64,000 bases of DNA from an uncultured Pantoea sp. (GCA_966185695.1 CBIFUL010000010.1:2718-66717); one strand, 5' to 3'; shown: positions 8,439-18,871, counted from the stretch's first letter. Program-made: numbers and translations. Notes: a model not told the origin generated them from the sequence alone.

Positions 8439-9215
8439 ATGTTCAAATGGCCGTGGAGTGCGCAGGTAGAAACTTCCATTGCAGCGCTTCCGTGGCAGCC
8501 GGCGCTGGCGCAACCGATTTTCTCCCTGCTCAGTGAAGAGGAACATCAGGCGCTGATCGCCATGGCGCAGCGTTTCCTGCAACAGAAAAAACTTTCGCCG
8601 CTGCTGGGCCTGCAACTCACGGAATTGCAGCTGGCGCGCCTGGCGCTGCTGTTTTGCTTACCGGTGTTAAAGCTGGGTTTGGAGTGGCTGGACGGCTTTC
8701 ATGAAGTGTTGATCTACCCCGAGCCTTTTAACGTCGACGATCAATGGGAAGATGATGATGGCCTGGTGCATCACGGGCCTGCGGTGCACGCCGGGCAGAG
8801 CTGGACGCAAGGTCCGGTGGTGCTTAACGCGTTGGATATACAAGATTGCTACGATCTTTCCGGCTTCAATCTGGTGATCCACGAAGTGGCGCATAAACTT
8901 GATGCACGCGGCAGCGGTTACACCAGCGGCATTCCGGTGATGCCGCTGCGTGATGTCGCACTGTGGGAAAAAGATTTGCAGCAGGCGATGGCGGACATTG
9001 AAGCGGAAGTGGAACTGGTGGGCGAACAGGCGGCCACCCTCGATCCCTACGCCGCCAGCGATGCGGCGGAGTGTTTTGCCGTCTTGTCGGAGTATTTTTT
9101 CACTGCGCCGGAGCTGTTGGCGCATCGCTTCCCCGCCATGTATCAGCATTTCCAGCAGTTCTATCGCCAGGACCCGCTGGCGCGATTGACGCAGTTAACA
9201 GCGGAATCTGCTTAA
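8439..9215 (+). CDS. mtfA: Mlc titration factor A (zinc-peptidase-like)
   Basis: MFKWPW start, [12 protein letters not shown] (HExxH), [12 protein letters not shown]. Confidence 0.92.
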   Translation: MFKWPWSAQVETSIAALPWQPALAQPIFSLLSEEEHQALIAMAQRFLQQKKLSPLLGLQLTELQLARLALLFCLPVLKLGLEWLDGFHEVLIYPEPFNVDDQWEDDDGLVHHGPAVHAGQSWTQGPVVLNALDIQDCYDLSGFNLVIHEVAHKLDARGSGYTSGIPVMPLRDVALWEKDLQQAMADIEAEVELVGEQAATLDPYAASDAAECFAVLSEYFFTAPELLAHRFPAMYQHFQQFYRQDPLARLTQLTAESA

Positions 9216-9271
9216 ATCGCGATCGCATTGCTCTAATGCTAGCCAGTTGAATATAAATGTATTTTAAGCTG

Positions 9272-9307
9272 TTGACACCGGCAAGGGGTGCCATTAATAT
9301 GCGCCTC
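9272..9307 (+). promoter_or_regulatory. Sigma70 stable-RNA promoter for tRNA-Asn
   Basis: TTGACA (9272-9277), 17-bp spacer, TAATAT (9295-9300), GC-rich discriminator GCGCCTC. Confidence 0.75.
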
Positions 9308-9318
9308 GTTCACACGAT

Positions 9319-9394
9319 TCCTCTGTAGTTCAGTCGGTAGAACGGCGGACTGTTAATCCGTATGTCACTGGTTCGAGTCCAGTCAGAGGAGCCA
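9319..9394 (+). tRNA. tRNA-Asn (GTT)
   Basis: TCCTCTGTAGTTCAGTCGGTAGAACGGCGGACTGTTAATCCG...GGTTCGAGTCCAGTCAGAGGAGCCA, 76 nt, encoded CCA. Confidence 0.98.
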
Positions 9395-9402
9395 TATTAG
9401 AG

Positions 9403-9435
9403 AAGCCCGCTCAGGGAAACCTGAGCGGGCTTTTT
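9403..9435 (+). terminator. Rho-independent terminator after tRNA-Asn
   Basis: aagcccgctcagg-gaaa-cctgagcgggcttttt. Confidence 0.9.
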
Positions 9436-9495
9436 GCATCTGCGGCTTTGCACAGTTCATTCCAGTAGCTATAGCGTCGTGCGTGCGGTAATTGC

Positions 9496-9657
9496 TCATC
9501 TTTCATAGTAGCGATACACCGAAGGATGAAATTCAATGCCGTACAGTTGGCTCACCGGAATGAGCAAATCCAGGTGATGGCTGAGTTCCAGTTCCCCTTC
9601 ACTCGCCGGTTTACTTTCGGTCAGGCGTTGCCACCATAGCGTAATCAGGTTTTTCAT
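9496..9657 (-). CDS. Hypothetical 53-aa protein (MKNLITLWWQRL...YRYYER)
   Basis: GGAG RBS before ATG at 9657; no family recognised. Confidence 0.45.
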   Translation of the reverse strand: MKNLITLWWQRLTESKPASEGELELSHHLDLLIPVSQLYGIEFHPSVYRYYER

Positions 9658-9801
9658 TATCAGGATCTCCAGAAAAGGTTGACCCTGACAGTTAAGCGCA
9701 TGCCACCCTGTAACCAAAACGATTAGTTCTGCGTTCCATTCCCGTTAGCTGAATATAAGCGTTAATGGCCTGCTGTTGCTGCGGATATGCCGCCCGTCGC
9801 G

Positions 9802-11238
9802 CTAGCCCTGACTTCTCGCCACCATCTTGCGGTAGTTGTTCAGCCATTTGCCGCTGCTCAGACGCCACCAGAAACAGATGCCGCGCACCGACCAGTCAAG
9901 GAACATACCGAGCCACACGCCTACCACGCCCATGCCGAGCACGATGCCAAGGAAATAGCCCGCCAGCACGCGCGCGCCCCACATGCTGAACATCGACACA
10001 TACATGGTGTAACGCGCATCGCGTGCCCCTTTCAGGCTGGCAGGCAGCACCCAGGATGCGGCCCAAATCGGCATAAAGGCAGCGTTGAGCCAAATGAGAT
10101 GTTTGGTTACTGCGATCACTTCTGGATCGCGGCTATAAAATTGCGCCAGGATGCCCGCCAGCGGCACGGTTAGCAGCGCCAGCGAACACAATCCCACCAT
10201 CGACAGCCAAAACACGTGTTTCACCTGCCGTTCCGCCTGCATCACCTGATTTAATCCCAGACGCCTGCCGGTAATGATGGTGGAGGCCGATCCCAATGCA
10301 TTACCCGGCAGGTTAATCAACGAAGCGATGGAGAAGGCAATAAAGTTACCGGCGATTTCATTGGTGCCCATGCCCGCCACGAAAACCTGCGTCAGTAATT
10401 TACCGCCGTTAAACAGCACCGATTCAATGCTGGCGGGCACGCCGATGCCCAGTACTTCCATCAGGATGTTGCGATCCCAGCGGCGGAAATAGCTGGCAAT
10501 GGAAATTTTCAGCGCCGGCGTGATACCGCGATACAGCACATACAGCGCAGCCGCCGCGCCAATGTAACGCGAAATGGTCAAGCCCAAGCCCGCACCGATA
10601 AAGCCCAAACCTTCCCAGCCGAGGCAGCCGTAAATCAACACGCTGCTGATCACGATGTTAAGGATATTCATGCCGCCGTTGATCAGCATCGGGATTTTGG
10701 TGTTGCCCGCACCGCGCAGCGCGCCGCTACCAATCAACGCAATCGCGGCGGCCGGATAGCTCCACGCTGAGGTTTGCAGGTAGCTCAGCGCCAGCTCTTT
10801 GACTTTGGGATCGGCGCTGCCGGCAATCGCATCAATAATCAGATGTCCCCAAAACTCGATAGCGATCACCAGCACAAACGCCAGCACCGTCATCAGCGCA
10901 AGCGACTGGCGCGTCGCCGCGCGCGCGCGCTTACCGTTGCGTTTCGCCAGGCTAAATGCCACCACCACCGTGGTACCGAGATCGATGGCGGCAAAGAAAG
11001 AGATGATCACCATGTTAAAGCTGTCGGCCAGGCCGACGCCCGCCATCGCTTCTTTACCCAACCAGCTAACAAGGAAGGTGCTCAGCACCCCCATCAGCAT
11101 AACGCAGAGGTTTTCAATGAAGATGGGCACGGCTAATGGGGTGATTTCACGCCAGAACAGCGTGCGATAAGAGCGACGTTTGGGATACCACGCCGTATTT
11201 CTGACCGCACGCATCACTGCTACGCCAGGATTTTGCAA
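9802..11238 (-). CDS. yeeO: MATE-family efflux transporter YeeO (start uncertain)
   Basis: LFWREITPLAVPIF, AMAGVGLADSFN, LRGAGNTKIPMLIN; colinear with E. coli YeeO. Confidence 0.92.
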   Translation of the reverse strand: MQNPGVAVMRAVRNTAWYPKRRSYRTLFWREITPLAVPIFIENLCVMLMGVLSTFLVSWLGKEAMAGVGLADSFNMVIISFFAAIDLGTTVVVAFSLAKRNGKRARAATRQSLALMTVLAFVLVIAIEFWGHLIIDAIAGSADPKVKELALSYLQTSAWSYPAAAIALIGSGALRGAGNTKIPMLINGGMNILNIVISSVLIYGCLGWEGLGFIGAGLGLTISRYIGAAAALYVLYRGITPALKISIASYFRRWDRNILMEVLGIGVPASIESVLFNGGKLLTQVFVAGMGTNEIAGNFIAFSIASLINLPGNALGSASTIITGRRLGLNQVMQAERQVKHVFWLSMVGLCSLALLTVPLAGILAQFYSRDPEVIAVTKHLIWLNAAFMPIWAASWVLPASLKGARDARYTMYVSMFSMWGARVLAGYFLGIVLGMGVVGVWLGMFLDWSVRGICFWWRLSSGKWLNNYRKMVARSQG

Positions 11239-11333
11239 GGGAGTTCCAAATTACTTTGGGAGGGAAGAGAGTAATAATGATGATAGGGCATTGAGAAATA
11301 TGCAAAGTGTTTCCCTGCTGCATTTAATCATTA

Positions 11334-12083
11334 TTACAAACTTTTTGCCGCCGTCACCGCAGGATCGACTGCGCCCCCCAAATAGGCGCTGCGCACCTCC
11401 TCATTATTGAGCAGCGCCAGGCCGCTGCCGCTCAGGCGAATTTCGCCATTAACCAACACGTAACCGCGATCGGCGAGCTGCAAGGCATGCCGCGCATTTT
11501 GCTCCACCAAAAACAGCGTCATGCCCTGCTGCGTCAGTTCGCGCAGAATGGTAAAAATCTGCTTCACCACCAGCGGAGCCAGCCCAAGACTGGGTTCATC
11601 CAGCAGCAACAGTTTTGGCCGACTCATCAGCGCACGCGCAATCGCCAGCATCTGCTGTTCGCCGCCAGACAGCGTCATCGCACGCTGCTTGCGGCGCTCC
11701 AGCAAACGCGGAAACAGCGCGTACATGCGCTCTTTATCCTCTTTCGCATAGCGATCGCCAATCGCGATGGTGCCCATCAGCAGGTTCTCTTCCACCGTCA
11801 TATCCGGGAAAATGCGCCGCCCTTCCGGTGCCTGGGCAATCCCGCTGCTGGCAATGAAATGGGTAGAACGATGGCTGATTGGCTCGCCGCGCAGGCGAAT
11901 TTCGCCGCTGGTGATGCGCGGCTGGCCGAAAATTGACATCAGCAGCGTCGATTTACCCGCGCCGTTGGCACCAATCAGCGCCACGGTTTCACCCTGCGCC
12001 ACGCTCAACGTCACCTGTTTCAGCGCCTGCACCTGGCCGTAAAACACATCAACCTGCTCAAACGCCAGCATCGGTTGCGCCAT
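11334..12083 (-). CDS. livF: LIV-type ABC transporter ATP-binding protein (LivF-like)
   Basis: [37 protein letters not shown]. Confidence 0.85.
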   Translation of the reverse strand: MAQPMLAFEQVDVFYGQVQALKQVTLSVAQGETVALIGANGAGKSTLLMSIFGQPRITSGEIRLRGEPISHRSTHFIASSGIAQAPEGRRIFPDMTVEENLLMGTIAIGDRYAKEDKERMYALFPRLLERRKQRAMTLSGGEQQMLAIARALMSRPKLLLLDEPSLGLAPLVVKQIFTILRELTQQGMTLFLVEQNARHALQLADRGYVLVNGEIRLSGSGLALLNNEEVRSAYLGGAVDPAVTAAKSL

Positions 12084-12951
12084 AGTCGTCCTCCTCTTCT
12101 GCGCCGAGATAAGCAGCAATCACTTTGGCATCGTGGCGGATCTGCTGCGGCGTGCCTTGCGCAATCACATCGCCGTGATCGAGCACCACAATGTGGTCGG
12201 AAATGCGCATCACCATCGGCATATCGTGTTCAATCAGCAGCACGCTGATGCGATGATCGGCGCGGAGCCGATGCAAAATCTGGCTCAACGCGTCCGTTTC
12301 CACCGGATTCAATCCCGCCGCCGGTTCATCCAGGCAAATCAGTTCGGGTTGCGTACACATGGCGCGGGCAATTTCCAGCCGCCGCTGCTGGCCATAGGAC
12401 AACGTGCCCGCCAGCCGATTGGCGCTGTTGACCAGATCAACATGTTCCAGCCAGTAAAAAGCGCGATCCAGCGCGCGGTTCTCTGCCGCACGATAGCCGC
12501 GCGTGTTAAGAATCCCCGCCAGCAGCTGACGGTTGACCTGCATATGCTGCGCCACCAGCAAATTTTCGATCACCGACATCTCGCGAAACAGGCGGATATT
12601 TTGAAACGTCCTCGCCAGCCCGGCGCGGTTCACCAGATGCGCGCCGCCAAACATTTTGTACCACACGCGTGAACCCAGCCTGGCGGGATTGAGCCAGTCG
12701 GCTGCATGAATTTTTTGCCCCAGCACCTGTATCACATCGGTGCTGCGCTGATGCGCATTCAGGACGATACGCCCGCCGCTGGCGCGATAGAAGCCGGTCA
12801 AGCAGTTAAATACCGTGGTTTTGCCTGCGCCGTTGGGGCCGATCAAGGAGGTTACCGACCCGCGCTGCACCGCGAGGCTAACGTCATTGAGCGCCTTTAT
12901 GCCGCCAAAGCGCATCATCAGGTTATCGACTTGCAGAATGGCATCACTCAT
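12058..12951 (-). CDS. livG: LIV-type ABC transporter ATP-binding protein (LivG-like)
   Basis: GPNGAGKTT, RTFQNIRLF, LSYGQQRRLEIARA, LDEPAAGLN. Confidence 0.85.
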   Translation of the reverse strand: MSDAILQVDNLMMRFGGIKALNDVSLAVQRGSVTSLIGPNGAGKTTVFNCLTGFYRASGGRIVLNAHQRSTDVIQVLGQKIHAADWLNPARLGSRVWYKMFGGAHLVNRAGLARTFQNIRLFREMSVIENLLVAQHMQVNRQLLAGILNTRGYRAAENRALDRAFYWLEHVDLVNSANRLAGTLSYGQQRRLEIARAMCTQPELICLDEPAAGLNPVETDALSQILHRLRADHRISVLLIEHDMPMVMRISDHIVVLDHGDVIAQGTPQQIRHDAKVIAAYLGAEEEDDYGATDAGV

Positions 12952-14224
12952 GTCGCACTCCTTTGCGCAGCGGCACCCCGACGCGCGCGGTACGCACCAG
13001 CCCGCGCGGCCGCCAGATCATCATCAGCACCATCAACATGCCAAACAGCAGCACGCGATACTCTGCGAAGCTGCGCAGCAGTTCAGGTGCCACCGTCAGT
13101 ACAAAGGCCGCCAGCACCACGCCGAGCGTTGATCCCATGCCGCCAAGCACCACAATCGCCAGAATCAGCGCTGACTCAAAAAAGGTAAAGGAGGTGGGAT
13201 TCACAAAGCCTTGATAGGTGGCGAAAAACACCCCGGCAATGCCGGCAGTTGAAGCGCCGAGCATAAACGCCGACAGCTTGACCAGCACATGATTCAGCCC
13301 CATCGCGCGGCAGGCAATTTCATCTTCGCGCAGCGCTTCCCAGGCACGGCCAATTGGCATGCGCGTTAAGCGATGCTTGATCCACAGCACCAGCAGCACC
13401 ACCAAAACCAGCACCCCGTAGATAAAGATGAACTTCATGTTGGGGTTGTAATCGAGGTGGAAAAACTCGTGATACGGCACGCCGCCATCGCGCGCGCGGC
13501 GCGCAAACTCCAGCCCAAGAAAGGTTGGCGACGGCACCGACACGCCATTTGGGCCGCCGGTGAAGGACAACCAGTTGGTCAGCACCAGGCGAATAATTTC
13601 CCCGAAGCCCAGCGTGACAATGGCTAAATAGTCGCCGTGCATACGCAGCACCGGAAATCCCAGCAGCGCACCGGCAAAGGCCGCCAGCAGCGCCGCCAGC
13701 GGCAGCATGCTCCAGAAGCCCAGGCCAAGATATTGATAGCCGAGCGCAAGGCCATAGGCACCAATCGCGTAGAAGGCCACATAGCCGAGATCGAGCAGTC
13801 CGGCGAGGCCCACCACAATATTCAAGCCAAGCCCAAGCAGCACGTAGATCAGCCCAAGGATCGCCACCGTCAGCAGATATTTACTGGAGAAAAACGGGAA
13901 GGTCAGCGCGGCAATCAGCAGCAGCGGTAGGATCCAGCGCAGCCGCGAGCGATGGCCCGGATCGCGCACGTAAACCCCCGCGTCGTTGCTGGCGATATTG
14001 CGCAGCACGCGCTGGCCGAGCGGCGTGTGGTGAAACAGACTCAGCAGCAGGCGCCCCGCCATCACCGCCGCCACCAACAGCGCCACCCGCTGTGGCGCCA
14101 GGCTAAAGCTGTAGCCTTCCAGCACGATGCCCACAATGGGGCCAAACACCACCAGCGCGATCGCGCCAGCTAGCAGGGTATCAAGCAGCGCCTGACGCAA
14201 TGGAGGGTGTCTCATTGCCTTCAT
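12944..14224 (-). CDS. livM: LIV-type ABC permease (LivM-like)
   Basis: LGLGLNIVVGLAGLLDLGYVAFYAIGAY, GDYLAIVTLGFGEIIR, WEALREDEIA. Confidence 0.88.
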   Translation of the reverse strand: MKAMRHPPLRQALLDTLLAGAIALVVFGPIVGIVLEGYSFSLAPQRVALLVAAVMAGRLLLSLFHHTPLGQRVLRNIASNDAGVYVRDPGHRSRLRWILPLLLIAALTFPFFSSKYLLTVAILGLIYVLLGLGLNIVVGLAGLLDLGYVAFYAIGAYGLALGYQYLGLGFWSMLPLAALLAAFAGALLGFPVLRMHGDYLAIVTLGFGEIIRLVLTNWLSFTGGPNGVSVPSPTFLGLEFARRARDGGVPYHEFFHLDYNPNMKFIFIYGVLVLVVLLVLWIKHRLTRMPIGRAWEALREDEIACRAMGLNHVLVKLSAFMLGASTAGIAGVFFATYQGFVNPTSFTFFESALILAIVVLGGMGSTLGVVLAAFVLTVAPELLRSFAEYRVLLFGMLMVLMMIWRPRGLVRTARVGVPLRKGVRHE

Positions 14225-14234
14225 GTTGGCCTCC

Positions 14235-15149
14235 TCATACTTTCGCGACCAGCGGTCGTCCGAGCAGTCCTTGCGGACGGAAGATCAAAATCACCACCAG
14301 CAGCGAAAATGAAAACACGTCCTTGTAGTCCGAATTCACCATGCCCGCGAACTGCGCTTCCGCCACGCCCAGCAGCAATCCTCCCAGCATCGCGCCCGGC
14401 AGCGAGCCAATGCCGCCCAGCACCGCTGCGGTAAAGGCTTTGATACCGATGATAAAGCCCGCATAGAAATCAAAGGTGCCGTAATTCATGGTCACCAGCA
14501 CGCCGGCTAAACCCGCCATCGCCGCGCCAATCACAAACACCAGCGAAATCACGCGATCGGTGTTGATGCCCAGTATTGACGCCATGCGCCGATCCTGCTG
14601 CACCGCGCGGCAAATCCGCCCAAGCCTGGTGTATTGGATAATCCATGTCAGCAGCGCCATGCCGCTAAATGCCGCAAGCAGAATAAACACTTTGGTCCAG
14701 GTGATTTGCACCACGCCGCCATCAATTTCCATACGCAAAACGCCGGTCAGCAAGGTAGGAATGCCTTGCTGATTTGGCCCCTGGCTGAGCTGCACGTAGT
14801 TTTGCAGAATCAACGACATGCCAATCGCCGAAATCAGCGGCGCAAGCCGCGTTGAGTTGCGCAAGGGGCGATAGGCGATGCGTTCAATGCTCCAGCCGTA
14901 AGCGGCCGTCACCACAATGGTGAACAGCAGCGTACCGAAGATCAGCAGCGGAAAAGAGTGAATGCCAAAGAAACTCATCAGCGACAACCCTATCGCGCAC
15001 AAATAGGCTGAGATCATATACACCTCGCCATGGGCGAAGTTGATCATGCCGATAATGCCGTAAACCATGGTGTAGCCGATGGCGATCAGCCCATAAACCG
15101 CGCCCAGCGTCAGGCCGTTGATCAGCTGTTGTAAAAAGAAGGCGTCCAT
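14235..15149 (-). CDS. livH: LIV-type ABC permease (LivH-like)
   Basis: LQQLINGLTLGAVYGLIAIGYTMVYGIIGMINFAHGE; ATG at 15149. Confidence 0.88.
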   Translation of the reverse strand: MDAFFLQQLINGLTLGAVYGLIAIGYTMVYGIIGMINFAHGEVYMISAYLCAIGLSLMSFFGIHSFPLLIFGTLLFTIVVTAAYGWSIERIAYRPLRNSTRLAPLISAIGMSLILQNYVQLSQGPNQQGIPTLLTGVLRMEIDGGVVQITWTKVFILLAAFSGMALLTWIIQYTRLGRICRAVQQDRRMASILGINTDRVISLVFVIGAAMAGLAGVLVTMNYGTFDFYAGFIIGIKAFTAAVLGGIGSLPGAMLGGLLLGVAEAQFAGMVNSDYKDVFSFSLLVVILIFRPQGLLGRPLVAKV

Positions 15150-15226
15150 AATTAAGTCTCGCAGCAGAGGGCACGCGCAATCGAAAGTGGCTCCGCAGTG
15201 ATGAAGTCGCGGAGCCAGGCAGCTCA

Positions 15227-16342
15227 TCACAGCTGGTGATATTTACCTTTGTCGTCCCACTGATAAACGACGTAATCCGAGACTTTAAGGTCGCCTTTAC
15301 TGTCCCAGGCTTTTTTACCCATCACGGTGGCAACGCTGTTCGCTTTTAGCCAGTCGCTGGCTTTGCTGTTGTCTTTACCGGCGGCCTTGTAGGCGGCAGC
15401 CAGCGTTTGTATCGAAGCGTAGGCATACAAGGTGTACCCTTCTGGCTCAAAGCCGCCTGCGCGAAATTTCTCAATCACCGCTTTACCATCAGCAATGGTG
15501 CGCGGGTCGCTGCCGAAGGTCATGTACACGCCTTTGGTGTATTGCGGGCCGCCCGCGGCGGTCACCATCTCTTCCGTTACGATGCAGTCACCCGAGAAGA
15601 AGGCGGCATTAACGCCCTGCTCACGCATCTGACGCACCAGCGGGCCGGCTTCAGGATGACAGCCGCCGAAATAGACCACGTCCGGTTTCAGCGCACCGAT
15701 CTTGGTCACCAACGCATTGAAATCCTTCTCGCCACGCGACAAGCCTTCATACAGCGCCTCTTTCACACCTCGCTTCTCCAATGCCGTTTTGGTGGCATCG
15801 GCTAAACCCTGGCCGTAAGTATCTTTATCGTGGATCACCACCACTTTTTTGGCTTTCAGCTTATCCACGATGAAGTTGGCGGCAATCGCGCCCTGTTGGT
15901 CGTCACGCCCGCACATGCGGAGCATCGTTTTCATGCCGCGTTCGGTGATTTGCGGATTGGTCGATCCCGGCGTGATCGCCAGCACTCCGGCCTCATCGTA
16001 GACTTCCGAGGCGGGCATGGTGGATGAGGAGCAGAAGTGCCCAACCACCGCCATCACTTTGTCCTGATCGACCAGGCGATTAGCAACTGACACCGCCTGT
16101 TTGGGTTCGCAGGCATCATCGCCCTGTACCAGCACGATTTTCTCGCCGTTAATGCCGCCAGCGGCATTAATGTCTTCCGCTGCCTGGCTGGCGCCTTTCC
16201 AGTATTGTGCGCCATAGGTCGCGTTAGGCCCTGAGAATGGCCCGGCCACACCAATTTTAATATCTGCCTGAGCGTAAAACCCCACGCTCAGGCAACCTGC
16301 AATCGCCACCTTCATGGGGTGTTTAATGAATTTCAAAGACAT
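15227..16342 (-). CDS. LIV/HAAT-family periplasmic amino-acid-binding protein
   Basis: Signal peptide, GDDACEPKQAV, VVGHFCSSST, RMCGRDDQQG; ATG at 16342. Confidence 0.85.
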   Translation of the reverse strand: MSLKFIKHPMKVAIAGCLSVGFYAQADIKIGVAGPFSGPNATYGAQYWKGASQAAEDINAAGGINGEKIVLVQGDDACEPKQAVSVANRLVDQDKVMAVVGHFCSSSTMPASEVYDEAGVLAITPGSTNPQITERGMKTMLRMCGRDDQQGAIAANFIVDKLKAKKVVVIHDKDTYGQGLADATKTALEKRGVKEALYEGLSRGEKDFNALVTKIGALKPDVVYFGGCHPEAGPLVRQMREQGVNAAFFSGDCIVTEEMVTAAGGPQYTKGVYMTFGSDPRTIADGKAVIEKFRAGGFEPEGYTLYAYASIQTLAAAYKAAGKDNSKASDWLKANSVATVMGKKAWDSKGDLKVSDYVVYQWDDKGKYHQL

Positions 16343-16685
16343 GCTTTCAATCCTCAACGGGTCAGGAACGGAGCCATACCACGGCCTGGGAGAAATCAAT
16401 TTCTGAAACTTTTGCAGAACGGTGAGTGGCCAGCAGGGCCACGGTTGAACATTAAGCAAAAAACTCGCCAACGCCGCGCGGGCGGAACATTTTTGCTCTG
16501 GCATCGCGCCAAGGCTGGAGACAAGCGATGTGACATCCCTGCTGATCATAAACATAGTTAGAGTTTTGCCAGGCACCAGCACCGTGATAGTGCAGAATGC
16601 GGTCGATCACAGATTCTTCACGGTGCCGGGCGCGTTATCCGCTATGCTCTGGTGAAAACGGTCCACGATGCCAAAAGGAGAACCT

Positions 16686-18134
16686 ATGAATACGCAACGG
16701 AACGGATTGAATAGCCAGCAAGCGCTGGATGAGTTAGAGCGCCTGTATGACGCGGCGGTGGACGCCCTGCGCAGTGCCATTCGCGATTTCACCACCAGCG
16801 GACAGCTACCGGAAGAAGCCGCGCGCCAACAGGGTTTGTTTGTTTATCCCGAGCTGCGCATTACCTGGCTCGGTGAAGGGCCGCAGCAAAATCGCACGCG
16901 CGCCTGGGGACGTTTCACCCACACCGGCAGCTACAGCAGCACCATCACCCGTCCGGCCCTGCTGCGTCACTACCTGAGCGAGCAGCTACAGATGCTCGAA
17001 AAAGAGTACGACGTGCTGATTGAAGTGGGGCCGTCGCAGCAAGAGATTCCCTATCCGTATGTGATTGATGGCCTCACGCTGGATCGCTCCATGAGCGCCA
17101 GCATCGCACGCCACTTTCCCACCACCGAGCTGTCACAAATTGGCGATGAAACTGCGGATGGCCTGTTCAACGCCAATGCGCTTTTCCCGCTGTCGCACTT
17201 CGATGCGCTGCGTACCGATTTTTCGCTGGCGCGGCTGCGTCATTACACCGGCACGGGCGTAGAGCATTTCCAGCCGTTTGTGCTGTTCACCAACTACACG
17301 CGCTATGTTGATGAGTTTGTGCGCTGGGCCATAGAGCAGGTGCAAGACCCCACCACCCCTTACGACAGCCTGGCCTGTGCGGGCGAGGTGGTGATTACCG
17401 CAGATACGCCAGACCCGACGGCGATGATGTCGGACCTGGCATGGAAGAAGCATCAAATGCCTGCCTGGCATCTCACTTCCCCCAACCGACGCGGCATCAC
17501 GCTGGTTAATATTGGCGTGGGGCCGTCTAACGCCAAAACCATCTGCGACCATTTAGCGGTCATTCGCCCACATGCCTGGTTGATGATTGGCCACTGCGGC
17601 GGCCTGCGTGAAAGCCAGCGCATCGGCGACTATGTGCTGGCGCATGCCTACCTGCGTGACGATCACGTGCTCGACAGCGTGCTGCCGCCGGACATCCCTA
17701 TTCCTAGCATCGCCGAAGTGCAGCGCGCGCTGTATGACGCCACCAAGGCGGTGAGCAACATGCCTGGCGAAGAGGTCAAACAGCGCCTGCGCACCGGCAC
17801 AGTAGTCACCACCGATGACCGCAACTGGGAGCTGCGCTACTCCGCGTCGGCGCTGCGCTTCAACCTTAGCCGGGCGGTGGCCGTGGACATGGAGAGCGCC
17901 ACGATTGCGGCGCAAGGTTATCGTTTCCGCGTGCCCTACGGCACCTTGCTGTGCGTATCCGATAAACCGCTGCACGGGGAGATCAAACTGCCAGGCCAGG
18001 CCAACCGCTTTTACGAAGGGGCAATTTCTGAACATCTGCAGATCGGCATCTGCGCGGTAGAGCTGCTGCGCGCCGAAGGCGACAAGCTGCACTCAAGGAA
18101 GCTCAGAACCTTTAATGAGCCGCCGTTCAGATAA
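16686..18134 (+). CDS. amn: AMP nucleosidase
   Basis: LSHFDALRTDFSLARLRHYTG, QPFVLFTNY, NIGVGPSNAKT, AVDMESAT, KLRTFNEPPFR. Confidence 0.96.
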   Translation: MNTQRNGLNSQQALDELERLYDAAVDALRSAIRDFTTSGQLPEEAARQQGLFVYPELRITWLGEGPQQNRTRAWGRFTHTGSYSSTITRPALLRHYLSEQLQMLEKEYDVLIEVGPSQQEIPYPYVIDGLTLDRSMSASIARHFPTTELSQIGDETADGLFNANALFPLSHFDALRTDFSLARLRHYTGTGVEHFQPFVLFTNYTRYVDEFVRWAIEQVQDPTTPYDSLACAGEVVITADTPDPTAMMSDLAWKKHQMPAWHLTSPNRRGITLVNIGVGPSNAKTICDHLAVIRPHAWLMIGHCGGLRESQRIGDYVLAHAYLRDDHVLDSVLPPDIPIPSIAEVQRALYDATKAVSNMPGEEVKQRLRTGTVVTTDDRNWELRYSASALRFNLSRAVAVDMESATIAAQGYRFRVPYGTLLCVSDKPLHGEIKLPGQANRFYEGAISEHLQIGICAVELLRAEGDKLHSRKLRTFNEPPFR

Positions 18135-18143
18135 TCGTCAACG

Positions 18144-18170
18144 CCTCCCGGCTCTGGTTAAGCCGGGAGG
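18144..18170. terminator. Hairpin after amn
   Basis: cctcccggct-ctggtta-agccgggagg. Confidence 0.6.
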
Positions 18171-18190
18171 TGCCCGCTGCGGCTGCCACA

Positions 18191-18574
18191 CTACACCTGC
18201 AAGATGGCAACCTTAATAAACCAGGCTAAAACCGCCGTCAGCGCCGGTACCATGATCGACCACGTGAGTCGCTCGTTGAGCTTGTCGAACTTCCGGTCGA
18301 ACTTCTCCTCTATCTTTTCAAACTTCTCGTCTATTTTTTCAAACTTCGTCTCAATCGTTTCATCCATGCGCTCAAATTTCACATCCATGCGTTTTTCCAG
18401 CTGATGGATCTCTCCCAGCAGCTCAATGCGCAACACTCCCTGCTCCGTTCGCAGGCATTCAATATCCGCTTTGGTCGCAAAACTCTCTGAACGCGCCGTT
18501 AACACCGCCACATCCTGCTGAATGTGCTGCGTGGTTTTTTCCAGCTGTTCCACGCGCTGAGTTAATGCTTCCAT
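18191..18574 (-). CDS. Coiled-coil, C-terminally membrane-anchored protein (DUF1640/CCDC90/Bdr-like)
   Basis: FATKADI motif, KFE(K/R)xxE repeats, C-terminal hydrophobic helix; AGGAGG RBS before ATG 18574; alternative in-frame ATG at 18652. Confidence 0.65.
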   Translation of the reverse strand: MEALTQRVEQLEKTTQHIQQDVAVLTARSESFATKADIECLRTEQGVLRIELLGEIHQLEKRMDVKFERMDETIETKFEKIDEKFEKIEEKFDRKFDKLNERLTWSIMVPALTAVLAWFIKVAILQV

Positions 18575-18871
18575 GTGAAATCCTCCTGTATAACGGGCAG
18601 TGATTATCGGCGGCGGAGACCATCGGGGCTGGCGATTCAGCACATATTCCATTATCTCTCCCTGTCTCTTTGCCCTGTTCCGTCCTGCGGTTAGTGAAAC
18701 AGATTTACGCAGCGAAAACATTCCGCGAACCGGCCATTCACCGCACAATACTTGCCGCCAACCTTGAGCGACAGGCGCAGCCTATGACCGACAGCGGAGA
18801 AAGAGAAGTCAGCAAAGTGTGAGAATGCGAGGCATCGCGCAGAAAAGCGGTGTGAGGATGTAACAGATAAC

